From Catajapyx aquilonaris (Eukaryota), in contig JYFJ02000987.1 of NCBI GenBank assembly GCA_000934665.2, positions 1 through 64,000 of the forward strand: a DNA stretch of 64,000 nucleotides, given 5' to 3'. How positions within the stretch are numbered: the first letter of the stretch is position 1; every line of letters begins with the position of its first letter. Both the position numbers and the translations under genes were made by a program. Of this stretch, positions 24,020-38,200 are shown in pieces. The notes beneath the pieces were generated by a model. It saw only the letters and a list, made by a program, of their open reading frames with translations, was not told where the DNA came from and made no database searches.

Positions 24020-27000
24020 TAATAATAATAATCCGGGCAATGCTTTGACCTCTCTTGGGGTATTTCATGGACCTTTATTATTAACTTCATATATAACTTG
24101 TACACAACTGGAACCTTTAACGAAGGGCTTGGGATAGAACCTGGGACCCTTACATTCGTGGGCGCGTATGTTCCCTCAGCGCCACTCCGCTTCCCCTTAA
24201 TGATACACATGTACCGTATACATTAACATTCCAAAGGCATGAACCTGTGACAACTATAAATAGTCATTCAGTATGTCACAATGATTTATCAAAAAGTGTT
24301 GTATAAAATATTTACCTCAAACCGAGTCTGATAATACTCCTCCACCAGGTACTTCTCCTCCTCTACTTGACCCAATGCAATGACTCGAATTGTCCAGTTC
24401 CCAAAAACAGGCAGGTCCGACAGGGGATAGTCCAGGCTAACTGCCCCAAAGTTTGACTAGAAAAGGAAAAGTAGCCAAAGGTTAGAAATTTCATGACTCA
24501 ATCTTCTCCCTCCATCTCCACTGGTCCATTGAGGTGACCCCATGGGACTCAAGTCTCCCTCCAAACTCTCTTCAGCTCTCAGAAATCCGATTACTTGAAA
24601 CCCATTACAAGGTCGCTGTAACTGCATCATAGAATAGAACCTTCGAAATTACCTGACGAGAAAGCCATCTTCTTACTATCACCCCATTTGGATCTTTCAT
24701 GTACACATCTATTGCATCATTAAATGCTTTCAGCTCCGTGTTGATTGGGATGATTCGGAAGCGGACTGAAAATTGGATCACATGTAATCACATTTTACCC
24801 ATGCTACTACTCACTAAGTTAAATGATCATAAGGGGATATGAACGATAATTTTTAATAAATACTGCACAAGAGTTTATCTAATAAAATGTAAAATACTTG
24901 CTCTGTTGCAAGGGATTCAGGCTCTACATAATGTAACATCAATGTGACTCAAATTTATTATGAAATAACACTGTTACCTGCTGTAATAAAAACTCCCATC
25001 TCATTGGGAACATTAAAGCAAAAAACTTCAGAACTTTTAAAGAGAATGATAACCACATTAGCCACAATTATGCAAATAAGAGCCTTTGGTACCAACATCA
25101 GCATACCTATTTCATTTTGCTTGTAGACAGGCTTGTCAGTCTGAATGAAGATGGTCATGGAACGTTGAGAGAAAATGAGATCAGTTTCATTGACAAATGC
25201 AGTCCCTCCGACCATTCCATTCTCATTGCCTTCCACTCTCAGACGATATCGTCCTTCCACGCTGGTTGGGGGTACCTGAAAACAAATGCCTTATTAATTA
25301 AACTTGTCACTTGTACATCTGTTAGTACTGGTCTTAATTCAGTCGATCTTGGGCCTGAGCACACTCCCATGCGAGATGACATGCATTCTGGTATTCAAAT
25401 GGGAGCTTGGCACAGGTCAGGATTTCACCATTCTCTGTGATGCCCAAAATTGGATGCACAGGACCTCTAATGAAAGGAGCCCTTAAATCCCTATTCATTG
25501 GTCCCAATTAGGATCCCAAGTATGCAATTAAGACACCAGCTCCAATTGCATGGATCCTCAAATGTCTCCTTTTGTTTTTCATGGCCACAGCTGCCTAACT
25601 GTTATTCACCTTCGCCTTGAGAATTCTAATTAGATCTTTCGCAGTATGAGTTTCTTAACGGATGGGAATCAGAGGTGAAGTCTTGACCTAGCTCTTACAG
25701 AGCCAAAGGTCGGCCACCTCACCAAAAGTTTGAAAGTTTCAGACTAGTGGGGGGGGGGGGGGGTGTTGGGAGAAGGTTTTCTCCTGGGCTGTCTCAATTG
25801 CCCATGCTTGACTCCCACCCCCACCTCACTTCACCCCCACTATTCCCGCCCCCTCAGCTGTTTGGGAGGTGCTTTAGAGCAAAGAGGAGCCACTCTCTGG
25901 CGTGATTGCCTCCCCACTACTTGTGGCAGAATGGCGGCATGGGGAAATGAAATTAGCTCTCCCTACTGATTAGCTGGAAAAGTGAAAAGGGAGAAGGAGC
26001 AAGAGGAGTGCAAGGAAGAGGTCCAAACTTCACATTTAATTGCAAGGAAGAAACTATGCCAACTCATTGCCGCAATCAGTTTTACAGGGCCGTAACACAT
26101 TTCTGGCTGGTATGGATCCTCCTTTTTCCTACAGAAACAGCTGGTAAAAATTCCCAGTACAAACTATACTTACCCGAAATTCCATAGCATAATTATTGGT
26201 TCAAACATATTGGACTTGCTGGCTACATAAATACTATGCAAATATAGCATTAAATGTAATGCAATACTGAAACACTGTGTCCTGCATCCTGAAACAAATA
26301 TGCATCAGCTGTGCCCAACGTCAATTTTGACGGCGTGCGAGATGATTATATCAATTCCTGATGTCCCCAAGGGACAGCTGCGAGTCCCCTGCATTAGGCA
26401 GCGGGGGAGACTAATAGAATCTCCTGGCGATGAAGACCGCTTGATACAGTTAAGAGGCAAACTGGCAATGGACCAGAATGAATATCTGCCCAGAGACCGC
26501 AAATTAAATAACACGATTTGGCCCATGTGTCACTCCGTAACAAAGACGAGGAGACGGGTAATCTATATTCCCCTTTGCTGGGCCTTTGGATGAATAACGT
26601 GCCATGCAGGCGGCGGCACACTATGCATAGTAGGTTTGCAAACCAGACGACCGCAAAAACCGCTGACAAGAAACCGACTCCCGTGAAAGCAGACGGTTCG
26701 AGAACCGACCTCAGTCAGAGCGGGCGATGGTGGTGTAGTGGTGAGCATAGTTGCCTTCCAAGCAGTTGATCCGGGTTCGATTCCCGGCCATCGCACTCCT
26801 TTTTTTTTTTCTCCCTCCACTTTGGACTTACAACGGTTTTTCATTTGCAATGTTACATTTCTTTGAATACCAAGCTTATTTTTATAATCCACCTACTCCC
26901 TATTGGCAGGGAACAGTCGCGATGTTGTCCTTCACAAATGCACAATCGGAGATAGACACAACCAGCTCCTAATCTCAGTGACCTATTTTAACCCGGATAA

Positions 27001-30000
27001 AGGAAATTACTGTCGCAATATCATACAATTAATGATAAAATTGTGCCACGCATTCCCCCCATATATGCCAGACGATAATTTATTTCACGAACCAGCTACC
27101 ATCACCGCGCTTTACTTCCATCCAGAGCGACTTTCCAGAAACGGAAGCTGTTCAGTAATTCACAACCCCCTACGCAATCCGGAGCAGAGAAAATCGAATT
27201 ACACTCTGCAAAATCCGGGGAACCAAAAACACCAAAAAACACCGTGACATACACACGTCCCGCAAAGATGCTCCAGTGGACCAACCCCCATTCAAATCAG
27301 CATAGTCGAGTCCACACATATATGTGGCAGGTCGGCCACGTGGGTGTGAAATCATGCTCTGTCAGTCGGGCTATCTGGGAATACCATCTAGACTAGTTGG
27401 CCTCTCGCAGACTCGACTTTAATAGGTCCCCTCTGAACAGACGCCGCTTTAATCACGGCCGAAACACTGGTGAAACTAATTAACCAGGGGAGGCTTCCCC
27501 CCCAGTATAAAGCTGGGGATGTGTATGCTTGACGCGTGCCCCATTTGCCTACAAAGCTCCGTCCGATTCTCTGGGGGAACCAGCAAGGATGGGGAGGGGC
27601 AGCCCCTGCAAGAAAAGGGTGTACATTTCTCCCCGCCACTTGATCTCCGCCTTGCACATGACACACGGCCAGAATGGCTCCTAATGACGGCCTGGCACCA
27701 GGCCAGCCCCAACGCCGTCAAAATCGACGTTTTCTGTCCGCTCCCAGGAAACCGCAAGGGAAACCCAGGGACTGGCAACAAAGAGATTCATTCCACGTCT
27801 CCAGTCATTCCGATGATTAAAAAGAAAAGTCGCTTTTCTGTTGGATGGAACTTACCCTTGCAAGGCGCCTGCCGGCTGCCAGGAGTGGAAGGGGGGGAAA
27901 AAAAGAGTGTGGCTAGGGGGAGTATAATAACTATCGTCTTTTGTGGAAATTTCAGTAAGTGGAGTTCCAGGTGAGCCAATCAGGTTTTTGGTCAGTAATA
28001 TTAAAGTTTTCTTAGTTCTGAGAAACAGTATAACTTACAGAAACCACGTCTATAGTCTCTATAGAATATCGACTAGAATTGAGAGAACATTACTCATACA
28101 CTGTAGGAGTGTAGGCTATAGCATGTATCCAAAATTGCTCATGAAAGGAGACCACTGTAGTCGAATTTAACAAACCTGCAGAGGACATATCAGGTGAAAC
28201 AAAACTCAACTGACGAGTGACTGTGTAACTCTTGAATTAGTCAGATACAATTACAGTGCAGTTCACAAGAGCTGTTTTGGTTTCTGTCAGCAACAACTGT
28301 ATATAGGGGCCGAGTTAGCTTTGGCAGAACGTGTACCGCAGGCCGTCATGTTGCCAAAGCCAGTTTCCAGTGTTTCGTATAGCTTTATTGTTTCGGAGTC
28401 ACCTGTACAAGTACGACCACCATCGCATTTTGAAGCAGAGCCTGCGACTGCTTATGTTATAATTATAGCCTTAGGCTAATATTGGCAGAGCTATTGGCGA
28501 GCAAAATTAATATACCGGTACTGTATTACGACATAATTATAAGCTTAATGTATAAAAGGTCTCGACTCTCGAGAAAATATTTTAGCTCCACTATTTCACC
28601 GAAAAGTTAGGAAATGCCATTTGCAACAGGAGAACATACGCATTTTCTTCTGTAAGCTCACTCTTTGTATGCCGTACACTTGCCATGCAAAGTTTTTTTA
28701 AAAAAAAGTTTCATTGCACCACACTCCAGCAATAAAAATATTGCTTTGTGTGCAGTAGCTTTCAGTTGAGAATGAGCAGAGTAACATTAAACTACTGTCA
28801 AATGTATAATATAGGTCAGATATTATGCCAGATTCTGATTCCAGTAGGTATTATTACACAATTCAGTAAAAATATTGCACTTACCGAAACTGCATAATAT
28901 GCATAAAACAACACCATAACGAGCGTTACCGAAAGGATGCCCCGTGATGTTTTTTTTGAAGGCCCTTACTGTTATAAAGAAGATATACTGGATCACATAA
29001 CTGGCCAATACAGAAGAAGCCAAAACGGAAATTATACTACCTATACCACACATGCATTAGGGCACACAAGCCGTTCAAAACTCTTATCTCCCCAACATGA
29101 AATTATTTCTAAACTCTGGTTGTGCTTATTCTTTGAGCCCCCTGTATTGCGCGCTCCGTTAATTTCGAGACAGCAGGGGTAAATTACCCCTCGTTGAACG
29201 CTAATGCGTTGGCGTTCAAAGTAATGCGACTGCAGTTCACCCTTCATGAGCGGTGGCAATATTTATTTCCGTTCTGCAGAGATTTAAATTGCACTTAAAT
29301 TTTACGGGGGTTTATTTTAGTTTTAGTAGCTGGGCAAAGACAGCTTCCATGTGTCCAAGTGAACTGTAGTTTCATACCAATAATAACTTGTTATTAGTCA
29401 CCGAGTTTAAAAAATGAATCGTGCGAAACATAAATAGGTAAATACACTGCAGCATCATAAGGGTGCAATTTCCATAATAGCATAGGGCTTTCCGAAGAAT
29501 ATAGGCGGCTTACACAGTAGCCAAAATTGATTTGTCAACATTCCTTTAGTTTCCAAGCTAAAAGTGACGGTCCATCTAAATTACTTCACCAGCAGCTTGT
29601 CTTCCTACATCGCTCATGTTGACGTATTAAGTACTTGATATCACGAATCATAATGTTAACGACACTTACAAGTGACATCTTCAGTCTACAAAAAATCCTG
29701 TTTGTGACGTGGCACCCTGAAGCGAACATCCATTAGTGCAACAATCGATCAAACTTGTTGACACAATTCTGCCTCCAGGCTAAAAAATGTGTATTTACTT
29801 CATCCGAACCAAACATCCGAATATTTACCACGCAATTAATTTTCACCGCGCTAAAACTTTGAAAGCACTTACCCAAGTAATAAAGCCGTGAATTTATCTA
29901 TCAGTCCAAGTAACCTTATCGGTTCGGTCTAGTGCGAAAAGGTGGTCTGAGCCGATAGCGTTCGATAATCTTGTCCTGCCAATAATTCATTCCCGGGCTG

Positions 30001-33000
30001 AGCCCAATTTCGCGTTTAGGCTCATCCTGGTCGCCCGCCACAATTACTGATTAATCATTGGCTAATCGCAGCCATTCTGATCGGCCAATGGCGGTCCAAT
30101 ATTGCAAGCCGAGAAGGCCTCAATAAGCGACCGCAAATGGGCTGAATATCCAATCGACAACACCAACGATAACTCAGCTCTGTTGTGCAGCAATTAGCCA
30201 GACACGGTCACATCTCCTCTATAGGGACCCATACATTGATCCAAAAATTGTCCCTAAAAATTGGGCGCACGAGACAGCGTTGGACTATCGATTGCCCTCT
30301 GTTAGGTTTTAAAAATCGGCATTTAAAACAAATATTACAGTTATCTTTCATATTATTGATAACTCATGCGCTTTCAAGTCAGTTTCAAACTAGCCTATAC
30401 ACAAACAGTAGCATTTCCAGAGTGCCTTAAGAAACTAGGCACCAACCAAAGTAGCTAACAACTCAACCGTTTATTTCGCCATAAACGTCGTTTTATGCAA
30501 TGCTAGGCTACTGCATCTAATAAAAATGCACCTGCCGGCATCTTCACTGCGGGAAATTGCTTAACCCTGTAACGCCCTTAATTTATAGCCTCGCCTTAGT
30601 TTTCTCCAGCCGCACAGAAGCTTGACAACAAGCAAAGCAATCTGATAAATAAGAATTAATCGGTACTCAGCTTATCTTAATGAGCCTGCGGGAAAATAAT
30701 CCCAGCATGCTGCCTTTGTTGTGGTCAATTAGCATTTAAAGGAAACGGAAATGGGGAAACGGAGGACATGAATGCCAATATTATCTGGAAGAGGTAGACT
30801 TATAGTACCGAGGCAGTACGGTGGATTGTCAGTATGTGTCGTAATCACAAGACATGGGTACACCTGCCAAAAGAAAATTATATTAGTCCATAAAGGACAC
30901 ATGTAATTCTGACTCTCCAAGGTGCATCTACACATTACACATTATGATGGGAATGGCAGACCAGGTTTTCAAGTGGCTATACCAATATGGACTCAGTTGT
31001 AGCGCGTCAGGCCCGGTGAACTTCAAGAACAGCGGCTCTATCTGCTCTGCGTCACTGCCTCCTAACCCGATTACTTGGCTTTTAGCACGCCCGTAAAGAG
31101 CCCAATCCTTTAAAGCCAGGTAGGCATGCGTTATCCTCCAACCTTTATAAAAAATGCTGATTGGCACATCAGCGCATGGTGTTGAGTATGGCTTATAAAA
31201 TGCAGTGCTGTGCATTCTGCGGGCCTGCCAATCAACATAAACTGAAACTGCAATTTGTTCCCTGAGGCATGTTTCTACCAGCAGCAAATGGAGAAGTGAG
31301 CAAGTTCAAAAGAAATCCCTTGCCAAAACGTCGAAATGACTTTTTTTTACACGCCATATACTGTACAGTATACATCTTTTACCTCCCGATCACACAGAAT
31401 CAACAAGGCGTAAAATACTGTACCACTGTTCCTGAGATTTACAGCCTAGCGGAGGCCGTAAAATAAGAAGAAAGGCACAAAAAAAGCCACAAATGCGACA
31501 AAAGGTCTTGATGTACCGGTACTGTACTGCCTACTCTGAAAACCATGCTAAATTGCGAGGGAAAAAAAACTATGAGGACCAGTCGTCTTAATTAGAAAAT
31601 TTCTAATTAGACTTGCACATAGTGTAAATTTTCATCCTGCATAATCTGAAATTATCCCTTAATTTACATTGTTCAAACCTATCACCATTGCAGCACAGTG
31701 CACCTACCTAACCCAGAAAAATAGCCAGTATTAAGCCATTTCATGTGCGACTTCATCATGCACACGTGTCTATTAATATCCCCAGGTATTCAACGGCATG
31801 TTTCTTCGACCTATTAGTCACGTTCCCTTTTCTCTCCCCATAAAACCCCGCAGCTAATGCAATAGAACGACTCTTTCTACACCGTTCCGAAAAGCTTCGC
31901 ATCCTCGCAAATGATTAGAGCAAATCCAGCCCCTAAGTGAATCCAAAAAGTGGGCTGCTTGGAAAGACTCCTAGGGAAAAAAAACCTATTAGAATTCTAA
32001 GTGCGTCCACAAAGTTTTCTATTGGTGCAATAACAGTATCTGAGCTGGAACAGCTTGAGGGGGAGGTTGGGATTTTGGGAGATTCCCTTGTCGGCCTCTC
32101 CCTGGGAACAACCCTCATCCTCCGCCTCCCATCTCAGATTCAAGAGGCCATTCTCACCTGGATCAGCAGAGTCTCCGGAATCCCCTCTCGACATAGCTTG
32201 GCTTCCGAACCCATGTCCACGCCGTCCCGAAGGAGTGAGGCTCGAACCGAGAGAGGGTATGGGGACTTCAGGATGGACACGAACACCCGGTACACTTGGG
32301 ACGGCCGGACCATTCGGCTGGACACCACGAAGTAGGTACTGGAAAAAAGAAAAAAAAAAGAACGGTTTGGTCAGCTGGATGTAAATTGTTCAAATTATGC
32401 AACATAACAGCCCCATGCGGCACATGGGAAGGAGAGAAAATGAAATGAAAATATTTATGAAAGCAAGTGCCAGAGGTGCATGACTATCAGACAATGCCTG
32501 GTGCTTTCGCAGATACAGCGAAATTGCTGCATAGACACTGCATGAGCCCGGATAGCTCAGTCGGTAGAGCGTTAGGCTTTTAACCTAACGGTCCGGGGTT
32601 CAAGTCCCCGTTCGGGCGGAGCTTTTTTTATTTATTACTGCTGTATTTGCTATTCATGTAACTAGCTATCAGCATGTGTAAATATTTGTATATACAATAG
32701 CCTGTAGCATTGCAATTAGAATTCGGTTGCAGCTCTATTATCATGACTCCAAGACTGGTGAGTATATGCACATTGCGAAAATGCTCCCAACAGTCTACCA
32801 CATATACAACTAGGTCCTTGTTCTGCGGGATTAGTCCATTAAACATTTTTGAATATTTCAGAGACTAAATGTGTCTCCAGCTTTTTCGCATTAGCATGCT
32901 CATAATAAATTTAAAGCTGCAACAAATGGCATAATGGCGGGAGCTGAATTTCGTTAAAAACGGATCACCAGGGAGCAGCATCCCAAACCTGGCACTAACA

Positions 33001-35203
33001 ACTGATTACTATCAGCTGTAAACACCAAATTACTATCACACACCACCATGGGAATTTTTAAACAGCAATTGAATATTTCACACGTTGTATGTGACAGAGA
33101 CCAGAACAGACTCCTCAAAATGATCCGAACACTCACATCATATTCCTCGTATTGACACGTAAGCGTCACAAATCACACGCTAGTCCCCTTCCTTCCCCCA
33201 AGACATAAAAAAAAGCCTACCGATTTTATTGCCCGGCCATTCAATCCCCCCTGGAAAAATATCTGCTGCTGAGTCCTGATTTCATTTCCAGGGCATCAAT
33301 TACACCATCCATCATCATAATGGGCGGCAAATATGAATAAAGGCGGTGGTTTTCTCCGCTTTACTCGGATTGAATATTTCTAGGAAGGCGTCTTCTTCTC
33401 CCTATTCCCCTCTGCCTCTAAGACTCAATCTTTATGGATTTTTGGCCGCTGCAGCTGCAAGCAATGCTGGCCTGACTGCTGGCTCAGATCAAAGTCAACT
33501 TGGAAAACTAACCGCAAACGTATCACACTTCTAGTGCCTAACATCTTCGGTATGGAGGATAAATCAACATTGTAATATGATATTCGTCTGGGCTTGTCAG
33601 TCAAAGATTTCACAAATGCTATTATTTGGCTCCACGTTGATCTGAGCAGGTACAAATTGGATTCGTTTCCATCCAATTCTGATGATTGCACGATAACCTC
33701 TCAGAATTATACTGTAGCCTATATTGCAAGCCTCGTTACTCTCAAAGATATCGAAGCCCATTATCATAGAGGACAAAATACAACCTCATAACAGCATCAT
33801 AAAAACTGTGGTTGTCAGACTGCTAAAAATCAATTCTGCCAATAGGCTATTGTGTGTTTAAATGTCAAATGTAAACAGTTACTGATAAAGTGTTTAAAAG
33901 TGGCAAGCACTAGAATTGGACGAATCCATGACAGATCGACCAAAAATTACCAGGAATAACATCCGACATTTTAATAAGGTGCTTAAAATGTATGCATTGA
34001 GCTTGACTAGCAAAACTGGAAGAGAACCATTACGTCATGTACTTACGTACTGTACACTACTCCAATAAAAACAACAAAATGAAAAAACTCCAATAAAAAT
34101 TTCGACGATGGTGGAAAAAATAGTCGAAAATTTAAAATAAACGACATTATTGAAAAGCCAAGTCAAAACAATCACTGCATGTCAAAAGAGCCACTGCGGC
34201 TTTATTTCTAATCCGGAACAAATCATTTCGCTGTAGTATACCCGTGTACACACTGTAATTGCTTCGCAGTGTCTACTTTTGTAGCTAATAAGGCAACCTA
34301 AAAGGACATGGTGTTCCCTATGGGCCTTGGAGCACTTCAATGGCTGCGTTGACAAATGACTGCTTTGTCCTCAATAATTGAGCAAAATAAACCGTGGTGT
34401 ACAATGCGACCAAGCAGTCAATTCAGAGCCTTTTGTCTCTGGCTTGATCTCTGAACTTGGCTGTCACCTACATTAATTCTCTATTTGTTTCTGGAGATTA
34501 AATCCATTTTCCTGCTGATGCAATCAACTCATTTTCACTTCCATTATATTCGAGGGGAAGAATTTATGATTTCAAGTTTTCATTAAATCCCTGCGGGGCT
34601 ATTCGTGCGACGCCCTTCAATCGATTCCTTTAGAATTAGGAAGTGGTGCTTGAAATCTCGATTCAAGTCGCACAAATACGGGCCCACCTTTCAGCAGATC
34701 TATAGCTCTCCTCTGGAAGGAGGCAGTATAGCTAGCCTACATATAGTCTCCCCCCTAGAACGAAATTGCAAGAAAGACCTCCTTGATGAGGCATTCACAT
34801 GACTCAACCTTCTCGAAGTCGTGAAAAAAGCGCTCTTCCGCACACCTGCTGTGACAAGTGAAAGTAGATTAACTTAGTTTCGTCTTAATGCAACACTTAA
34901 AGTACTTATAGACTGAGTGGTTAAGGAGAGCTAATTATTTGGCATGGTACAAAGCAATTGCGTGTAGGTTACACCACGCTCTCTCTATTCATCTGAGTGA
35001 AAACAACTCATATACCGATACCTATATACTTCCATTGTGTACGTAACTCTGGAATGACGCCATTGGAACACCACTTATAACAATGGCAGATGCTATTACT
35101 GACCAGTATATAGGTGATAGCGGACTAACTCGGAAGTACAACATTTTATAGTCTTGTGTACATTATGATTGTGATTGATGATAAGCCAATATTAACAAGA
35201 ACC

Positions 35204-35278
<75 letters not shown>

Positions 35279-38200
35279 TACTCGTACCATCTTATTAAAA
35301 AAGTTTCGGCCAGACGTATTCTGCCAGCACCCTACTTTTTTCCCCTGTATATACTGTAATAATGTTCACCTTGGGCGAACTGAGCGAGGATCTGGCCGAA
35401 ACTATACTTTTGACAGACACTAAATCTAAAAGTTTACACGCGGTACTTTGAGGCAATCATCAAAATGTAATAACTTATGACGAATAAAGCTGGCGCTAAA
35501 AATTCTGCAAAAATAAGCCCACCTGAAACTTAAATAATAGTAGGTCTACCGCAGCAATTTACACTCGCTGCAAAGCCACAAATTCCTGCAAAACCACCTC
35601 GAGTTCCACTTTCAGAATAGGTTATGCAAATTACTGTAACAACTTCCGCCGCACGTACGACGTGCTTTATACACTCCCATCACTCACAAGGAATATCTGC
35701 CAGTCACGCCTGACTGATGAACACCTCAACCCGTGCAAAATTCCTACCCAGACTGACAACCACTCTAATTCTCCTAATCAGTCTAAGCGCCTAGAGTAAA
35801 ATCAAGTCAGACCCATCAGTGTAGGCCAGTCTTAGGTACAGAAAAAATAGTGTCCCTATAGTCGCAGGTCTGTAGAGCGAATGGAACGACTTCCTAGATG
35901 GCCATCCAGTCGTGGTGAACGACTTTCCAGTCGACGACTCCCTCAGATTGGCAACCCAGACAGGCTGGCAGAATGTGGCCTCAGGTCCGTGATTCCTCAT
36001 AAACACGCAAGCTTGTACTCCACAATGGCCAGCTTGCCTCTTGATTTGCGGTAGCCCTCAGGGATTACAGACAATTACTGTTCCCACTGCTTGGATTCAT
36101 GCGTGATTCTAGATGCAAACAAGCACGTGGCCAGATTCTCACACGTTTGCTAACTTGGTGTGCAAATATGCAGCCTAAAAGATTTGAAGGATATTCCTCA
36201 AGTGGGGTTAACTCACGCAATTTCGTCTCGTTATGTACGGCACCTGCAGGAGGCACTAGACTATATTGTAGGAGTGCAAGGGGGCTAATCTATGCTAGAG
36301 TTCTGCGTGCCACTCTAGGGCTGTGTAGCAGCTTAAGTGTTGGCTTGGTGGAGCACAAAGGGGAGTAAGTGGGCTATTAATTGCAGAACTGTACACAGCA
36401 GAGGGGGGTGTTCCGGTAACTGTTGAAATTCACTTGCAAATTATACAATTAGAGTGAGAGGAGGGTTGCTATACGCGCTGTTTTGCTATTTCATCGATCA
36501 GTTGACCCCCTGCTACATAAGGACAATGATAAAGCAGATTCGGTTCCAGTTGGTTATTTTGGGAAAGTGTACCAACGAATCGGTTGAAGTGTCAACTGAA
36601 TGAATGGCCACAGGATGGGGGCAGTAGTATTTCTTTCTTCCATATTATGAATTTTTAAAGCGCGATGTGGCGACCTGAAATTGAATATTAATAATCCAGG
36701 CTGTCCTTCTTCGCTCTTCTAAATAATATATAACTGGTTGGCTGTTATAGGCTGGAATTCGCCTTGAAGATGATAGTGCTGCTACTCAAAATACCCCATA
36801 GGTGGGTTTCAAAAATCCGCCAAAAAATAGGTTGACTATCATAATTTACTTCCTGATGTGGCCACCAGCTATGAATATTGCAGTCTATACATGATCAAGA
36901 TAGGCAAATAAAAAAAGCGAAATTTTCCTATTCCCAACAACGTATACAGGTATACTTCTATATACAGTAACTAGGGTGTTGAAAACATCTTCAAGTGGTG
37001 TTTGTAAAATAATGATAAACGCCACAGAAATTATTATCACCCCGTAGTTTAGCAGAGGATGGCAGAGATTAGGTTAATCTCTCTCTTCTATGTCTGGGCC
37101 TGCAGACCGTATCCAAAAGTCAACCGTAAACAACAGTGCAGCCCGACAAACGAAGGCTGAAAATGGTCCAGCAGTCTCCTTCACAGCTCGTTAAGACCGC
37201 GAATTTAGGCGCCCAGAAAAAAAATAAAATGATTCTGAAACCCTAAGTCCAAGAGGGCGTTAACCTCAGGGGAAAGGGCTGTTTTCTTCGAAGCCATTTG
37301 TAATACAAACAAATCTCCCTCCGGGAAGATGTCGACGCTTCTGGTATTAAACGTGGAGCGGCGTAATTCCTGCGGCTATGCTGCTAGACTTTATGTTCCG
37401 TTCCGTTGGTTACACAAGTGCTGCAGAAGCCTCTGCTGGGGGCAGGAAAAGGAGTAATGGCGGTGGTTAGCAAGCACCCCCACCCCTCAACCCTTCGCCC
37501 TTTGCAAGCCTCTCTATCTTGCTTAGCACAAGACGAGCTTTTGGACCTAGGCTACATGGCAGCTGACGGATTAAGGTCTGGATACGATTCCTTTGCGATA
37601 CCCTGGAGTTGCGGATCACCTACACTCTTTAGACCTTACATTTGTTCAGCTCGGTGCGCCCTACCAACTTTGCATAGACATGTACGTATTACATGCAGGC
37701 AATTGCAAAGTGCCTGGCTGTCGGTCACTGGCCTGCACTATAGTTCGTCAAAGTGAATGTGAGTTATTAGCACCGGTCACTCTGGGAAATATTGCAGCAG
37801 GGACACGTCATTCGCGACAAGGGACAGTGGAGTGGCGCCAGAGGCTCCCAACTATATTGCTTATTTCTCCATCCTCGCAGTCATTCCGTCGCCAAATTAC
37901 CTCCCGCAGAGTGACACTATGGATGCGGACGATCGCTGCGAAATTGCCTTTATAGTTCCCGGATCGTCAGGGGGAAGATGAGGTGTTCAAAGAGTGTTAT
38001 TACCCAGGTGCTAGGCACTCCATAGGAACCATGAAATATGGTGATCATATCAGTTTCCATCAGCTGCTGTAATTTCTTGGGGAAAGTATAGTGCCGCCAT
38101 TCAGGGAGGACTGGCCCAAAATTATACCAAGCGCGCAAATTAAGGCCCACCCATTTTTTTGTTATATGGCTCCCAGAGAGTAGTCCTGTTTGATAACATA

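Noticed and set aside
23846..24210. Poly-Q/N, poly-C/L and poly-Y/V ORFs (also the poly-I and poly-Y ORFs at 2298, 17397 and 35156)
   Set aside because: Translations of TAA/CAA microsatellites and SINE tails.
27519..27974. 151-aa plus-strand ORF in Mcr intron 2
   Set aside because: GTG start, no recognisable motif, no exon structure; consistent with a chance ORF in a GC-richer patch.
31937..32384. Plus-strand ORFs of 132 and 109 aa
   Set aside because: Antisense shadows of Mcr exon 2 with no independent coding features. The same applies to 13634-13999 and to 3359-3706 opposite PRKDC exon 1.
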